From: Orbicella franksi
Lineage: Eukaryota
NCBI GenBank assembly: GCA_964199315.1
Contig: OZ116707.1
Coordinates: 7,254,001 to 7,318,000 of the forward strand
Direction of reading: 5' to 3'
Length of the DNA stretch: 64,000 nt
Part shown: piece after piece, positions 59,150 through 64,000 of the stretch
Numbering within the stretch: the stretch's first letter is position 1
Layout of the letters: every line of letters begins with the position of its first letter
Program-made: the position numbers and the translations under genes
The notes under the pieces: generated by a model
What the model saw: the letters and a program-made list of their open reading frames with translations, nothing else
Database searches by the model: none
Told to the model about the DNA's origin: nothing

Positions 59150-62100
59150 TATATCTATATCTATCTATGCTCAAACTGTATTACTGATGTCATTGATCAC
59201 ATTTTTCCTCATTAACATACGTCTTTGCACAAAGAAGGTATAATGCTAGATACAAATTGGCTACAAACATTTCAAGAGCTTGTGAAATTTAGTAATTGCT
59301 GAAAGTTTTGGCTCTTTGGGTGTAGTATGCAATGAGAAATTGGCTTCCAACAACATAAATTTCTGGCTGGCAAAACTGCTAATGAGCTCATACATTCTTT
59401 GTAAAATTTTGAGTTTTTAAAGCCATGTTGCACAAAAAGTATTCCATACATCGGGCGCAAATTCCTTGGGACAGTTAAGTGTGCTATGCCCTTTCAATAT
59501 TCATAACTGTTTCTGCAGCTCCATCAGAAACTGTATCGCTTATGCTAACGAGACAAATATTGTAAACAAAGATTCTCCTATACTGCATGTGACATGCAAA
59601 CTTTGTAAGACATTGTATCTCTCCTCCTTAGTTAAACAATTGATTCCCACACACTTTGTTGTTGACTGTAATGTTCAATTTTTTCAGTGTAAAGAGTGGG
59701 GGTTCCTTCTGTTAGAGATGTTAGAACAAGCCTTAGAACAGGTGATTATGGCCACCTTACTGTGGAGCACGTACCAATGCTTTTTCGGATGCATCATTAA
59801 TTACACCACTTGTCCAACCAGGGTTATGAGGCTGGACACAAGCCCCAAAGGCTGCTCTACTTAAGAGCAACCTCTCATGACTCATCAAGCAGTACTTCTT
59901 TGAGTAAGTTGAGATTTCAGTCTAAATGTTAACACAAATGATGTGGAAGTAGCAGGATTAATTCTTACTATTAACAGTTACTTGTGCTTTTTTCTTATGC
60001 TATAGCGGACCAAATCCTCACCCATATTTACACAGAGATGCTACTTGATATGAGGCAAGCATTCAGAGAGGCTAGACAGTCCATTACATCTGGTAATATA
60101 TATGATTGTCTATAGATGGGCTTGTCTTACAGGAGGGTTCCCAAGGAGTTAGTCATACCTCCAAACATGCACTGATGATAAAACAAAAACCCTTTGCCTT
60201 GATGAAAATGTCAACTCTAAGACCTGATTCCAGAAAATTCCTTTTTCTTTCTTTACATCAAAATAGTGCAATTAAAAGTAGGCAATTTCTTTACTTTTTT
60301 AACTTCCTTCTTTCAGGAGAGAAGCTGTTCTACTACAGAGGGTGTGGGTGGAAAGCTGAAAGAATGGTTTGGAGTGAAGAAGACAGAGAATGGATTGGAA
60401 AAATGGATGAGCTATTTACTAATCTGTTTGGTCCAGACTATTGTGAATATGAGTACTCAGAGATGACAAAGCACTGTGTGGTGGTACCAGGCCAATTTCC
60501 ACTCATTGATTACAACCATGAAGAGTGGGAAAGAAATTGTGAACAAAGCAGCAGCAAACCAGCCAGAGAACCACAACACCAAAGCAGCAACACTCTCAGA
60601 GTGGCACCAGCACCAGAAACAACATCACCACAACGGGATGACAGCAGCACAGGCAGAGACATGCCAAAAAAAGCAGCAGGGTTAACAACACAGCAGCATG
60701 GCAGCAACACTGCCCCAGTGGCACCAGTACCTGCAGCAGAGGCAACAACACAGCAGCAAGACAGCAGCAAGCACACAGCCACAGCAATGGCAACATCAAC
60801 TCTGCAAAACAGTAACAACAGCTGCCCCTCAGACCAAGTAAAACCTAACAATGTAGCCTGACACAGTAAAGAGATTTTGGAAAATCTCAATGTTCTTACT
60901 CATGGTGAAAGAGCATCTTTGCAACTTCCTGAAGTTGCCTTCATTTCAAAGCAAGACATTCAGCTTGTTCAGAGTCCAAATGAGGTCAGTAAACCACTGC
61001 TAGTCAATCTTTGTCCAGCAGAAAGTGCAGTGACACATGCTGTACAGCTTTTGAAAGAACTGTCAGGTACTAGAACTGTGGGGACTATTAATGTTGACAG
61101 ACCTGATGATGGGGATGAAGATGACAAAGCTACAGTGACTATGGGCAGACTAGGAACTTTAACTAAAGAATCAGTTGGTCTATATCAGACTATGAAAAGT
61201 CTAGCTTCAGAAGCTGTCAGTTTCAGAGAAGAAAGGTGGCTCGCAAACAACAGCAGCCCTGTATCAGACCTTAACAAAGTCAGAGATGTACTGTGTAATT
61301 CTAGGCCTAACGAGGAGATTATTACACAAGGCACATACATTATGGATGCTAATGACTTTAGCACTCTAGGTTGTGAACGCTATGTTAACGGTTTCACTAT
61401 AGACACTATAGACACGGTGTAAAACCTGATATCAGAGTTGGAAAGTATGAACCTATTTGTGTCAAATCTTAAATCTTTCTTTGTTTCTCAAGTGACTTTA
61501 TCCTTTCCAACAGTCTGTTAATTTCATGCCTGCATGTACAGTCTTGGTTTCTTTCACATCAAAGCCCTGCTACATCACCACATTATCATTATCTGATTTA
61601 CTCTTCAGTGGGAAATTCTCGTCCTAAACTGAATCTGTCTTGGCGGTAATGTTCATGCTATTGACACTTGCTGTTGAGGTAGATTTATTTTTGTCTTCCC
61701 CGGTTGGACATGATTTGTCCTGCAGTAAACTTGAAATGTCTACTGGCTACACAATATTACCACTTCTGAAATCCCTTGTTGGAAAAATTGAGGGTTTATT
61801 ATTTGTTCCATAATTGTGTCCTATCAGAAAAAGGGCACTACACACTTGGTCACTTGATTTCCACTTGTAGTTCTTATGTTGTAGACTCTGAGCTCTTATC
61901 TATTTTTGCCTTGATTGTTCTTCTTTTGGGAAAGAAGTATACTTCAGAGTGTTATTTTTCAAACTTTTAGGACTGCAACCCATTACAGTACAGCTAAAGG
62001 GAATCAGAACCTGCCTCTATGGACTCCGAGGCTGAGCACCATATTATTTCAAGGCTCTGATCCTTGATGAAACAAATTTTGGAATACATAAGGACTTCCC

Positions 62101-62599
62101 AAAAGAAATTGTCAACATCAGGAAATTGCTCTAAAAGCTGCTAGGAAATGTGGATGCACAGTGAAGCTGGGGTACGAGAAGTTTTCATTGATGGTCAGCT
62201 CTTCAAAGGATGCAATTAAATAATTATAAAGAAACATTTAAACATTGCATCCCGGTTTTCTGGTTTTGTATTTGTTACACCTCAATTTTCTCTCGGCTGA
62301 GATGCAGCACTTGTTTAAGTGATTCATATGACTTGCATCTTTTTTTCGGTCAATTTCAGCAGCCAAATCTAGAATGGATTCATCAAGAAATGATTAATTT
62401 TTTGGTAATAAGGCTATCTCATGTGTAATCCTTTTTTGTGTGTATTAATAAGTGTATGGTTTTGTTTTTGTTCAATGTTTTTAGCTTATTTTAGTTGCTC
62501 ACTAGGTCCTGTATCCTTAAACCTTAAGCTGTCTGATTACAAGCTAAAAGTTTACTGAGGTAAGTCAATTTCTCTTATTGTCATTATGTTACACTCTTC

Positions 62600-63260
62600 T
62601 TGCAGCACAATAAACACAAGGTGTCTCAATAACTTTCGAAAAGAAAGACAAGTTTTAAGATAGGTGTTCATAAATAAATTTTAAGTAATTTTTTTGCAAG
62701 AAACTTATTGCTCCTGTGAAATTGAAAAACTCTGGTTGGCAGAGTAGGTATGCAAAATATTTTTCTGTCGTGGTTTAAGACGTAGCAAAGTAACAGTTAT
62801 GATGTTGAATCTCTCTGTGGAGGTTGAAATTATTGAGTGTGCAACAAATGAAAAAAGTCAAATTGTAACACTAGAAGCCCAATTTCACGACATGAACTTT
62901 ATTTTTGTAAACATTAATGCTCATAACGATTTAGCAAAACAAGTGAAATTTTTTGAGTCTCAAGAGTAAGTTTGTAAAGTGTGCAAATGAGAATAATATT
63001 GTTTGAGGTGATTTTAACTGCCCTCTTAGACCAAGTTACAAAGGGGTGGCTGTCCCATTGAGAAAAAGTGAGCAGTGGTGTAAGCTATTTGTAGTCTTTG
63101 AAAAATGTTGTAACAAGAACTGTGCAATCTTCAAACAAAAATCTATCTCAATCTATCAGAAGAAAATGCATCTAAATTTGATGATGTGAAATTTCAATTG
63201 AATCAGTTATTGTTGCTAAAAACTAAGGAGGTTATGACGCGAAGCAAAGCTTGCTGATGG
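62600..63260 (+). mobile_element. Degenerate Tx1/L1 ORF2 AP-endonuclease fragment
   Basis: FLQETY...W...FVNINAHND...GDFNCPL, then after a deletion LNQLLLLKTKEVMTRSKA. Confidence 0.65.
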
Positions 63261-63285
63261 CAACAGGGTGAATGCAATTATAAAT

Positions 63286-63520
63286 AGACCATTTTACAGT
63301 TGTCTGCTCAGTGACCTGGCCTTTGTATGGCAGCGAGGCTAGAGTTGACCTTGTTTCGATACAGACCTCACTGCTTTTGTCATGTAAATGCACCTGGTTA
63401 GCATCAGAACAACTTGTTTTACACAACAAAAGCAGTGAGGTCTCTATCAAAACAAGGTCAACTCTAGCCTCGCTGCCATACAAAGGCCAGGTCACTGAGC
63501 AGACAACTGTAAAATGGTCT
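63286..63520. mobile_element. 235-bp foldback MITE with AG...CT ends and AT flanks
   Basis: AT|AGACCATTTTACAGTTGTCTGCTCAGTGACCTGGCC...GGCCAGGTCACTGAGCAGACAACTGTAAAATGGTCT|AT; ~90-bp near-perfect arms. Confidence 0.9.
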
Positions 63521-63698
63521 ATTCTTCTACCGCCTAGAGAGAAGAAATCACAGTACTAAGTACATAACTGAACAGAAACTCTCAGATAAAACAACTAGGA
63601 AAGAGATAATACATCCTATAAGTGTTGCATTTTTAAACTCGTGGCTACGTGAAGCATAGAAACGTGTTTGTTGCGGGGACTCCGATATGCAAATGTGT

Positions 63699-63728
63699 CA
63701 CTCACTCACTCACTCACTCACTCACTCA
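63699..63728. repeat. (CACT)n microsatellite, possibly within a Helentron-derived non-autonomous element
   Basis: cactcact... read directly; the parent element is inference. Confidence 0.7.
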
Positions 63729-64000
63729 GGTGTAGACACTGTTCGTAATTAGTCGCCCCAAACGAGAGCGCCCGAGTCAGACGCCATGTTGGAATAGTAA
63801 CTGAGCCCGACGCCATATTGGAATAGTAACTGTGCAGTCAGTGTGAGGCTACTACTCAATGCGTGCATCATGCCAGCCCGAATATTGATGACTTTGTAGC
63901 TTTTACATGACCATTAATATTAGGTGTTTCGCTAAATTGAAGTGGAGTAGACTTCGAATGTTCCAATTAGTACTATGGCCAACTTGAACGCTGAATTTCA

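Larger units (their letters stand above)
56790..61422 (+). pseudogene. Degenerate multi-exon gene ending in an Ulp1/SENP-like N-terminal fragment; possibly TE-derived
   Basis: Open exon-like blocks at 57541-57720 and 60005-60095, a stop-riddled single frame at 59258-59630, and a long exon from ~60318 to 61420 ending MDANDFSTLGCERYVNGFTIDT (compare SENP DL.TL....WLND..ID). Confidence 0.4.

Noticed and set aside
60510-60890. 126-aa Cys/Ala-rich minus-strand ORF
   Set aside because: Antisense of the CAG/CAA-rich low-complexity linker of the plus-strand pseudogene.
61500-62430. Short open blocks on the minus strand (e.g., LDESILDLAAEIDRKK...)
   Set aside because: Could be decayed exons, but I found no recognisable motif or consistent splice phase; left unassigned.
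63232-63559. Two near-identical ORFs on opposite strands
   Set aside because: Artefact of the foldback MITE's long inverted arms.
1-64000. tRNA or rRNA genes
   Set aside because: None recognised; the only tRNA-related sequence is the Gypsy PBS and possibly the SINE head.

Overview
AT-rich eukaryotic DNA with GT-AG introns, almost certainly animal. The repeat and TE families resemble those I associate with cnidarians/stony corals (inference, not verified). Apart from a TRAF-like RING/zinc-finger gene at the left end, the window is a nested mosaic of mostly degraded mobile elements. These are: a DIRS/Ngaro-type tyrosine recombinase relic; two internally deleted Helentron/Helitron2 elements, each with a basic leader, OTU domain, RepHel remnants and a downstream spliced RPA-like OB-fold gene; Polinton/Maverick relics; Penelope and Tx1/L1 fragments; a multi-exon Sola3-like DDD transposase gene ending in a putative herpes-tegument-type (C76-like) deubiquitinase domain and interrupted by a cargo-carrying Tc1; a near-intact compact Ty3/Gypsy; an F-box/LRR ORF; a C2H2 + tyrosine recombinase pseudogene; an ISL2EU-type element nested in a Harbinger-type MITE; a minimal hammerhead ribozyme; and many MITEs and palindromic repeats. 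Best lead: both Helitrons place a potential polyprotein-separation signal at the same point, between a homologous leader and OTU. One has a 2A ribosome-skipping motif (DIELNPGP); the other has a ubiquitin-like LSGG next to a DUB-type protease. All assignments come from reading motifs by eye; no database searches were run.
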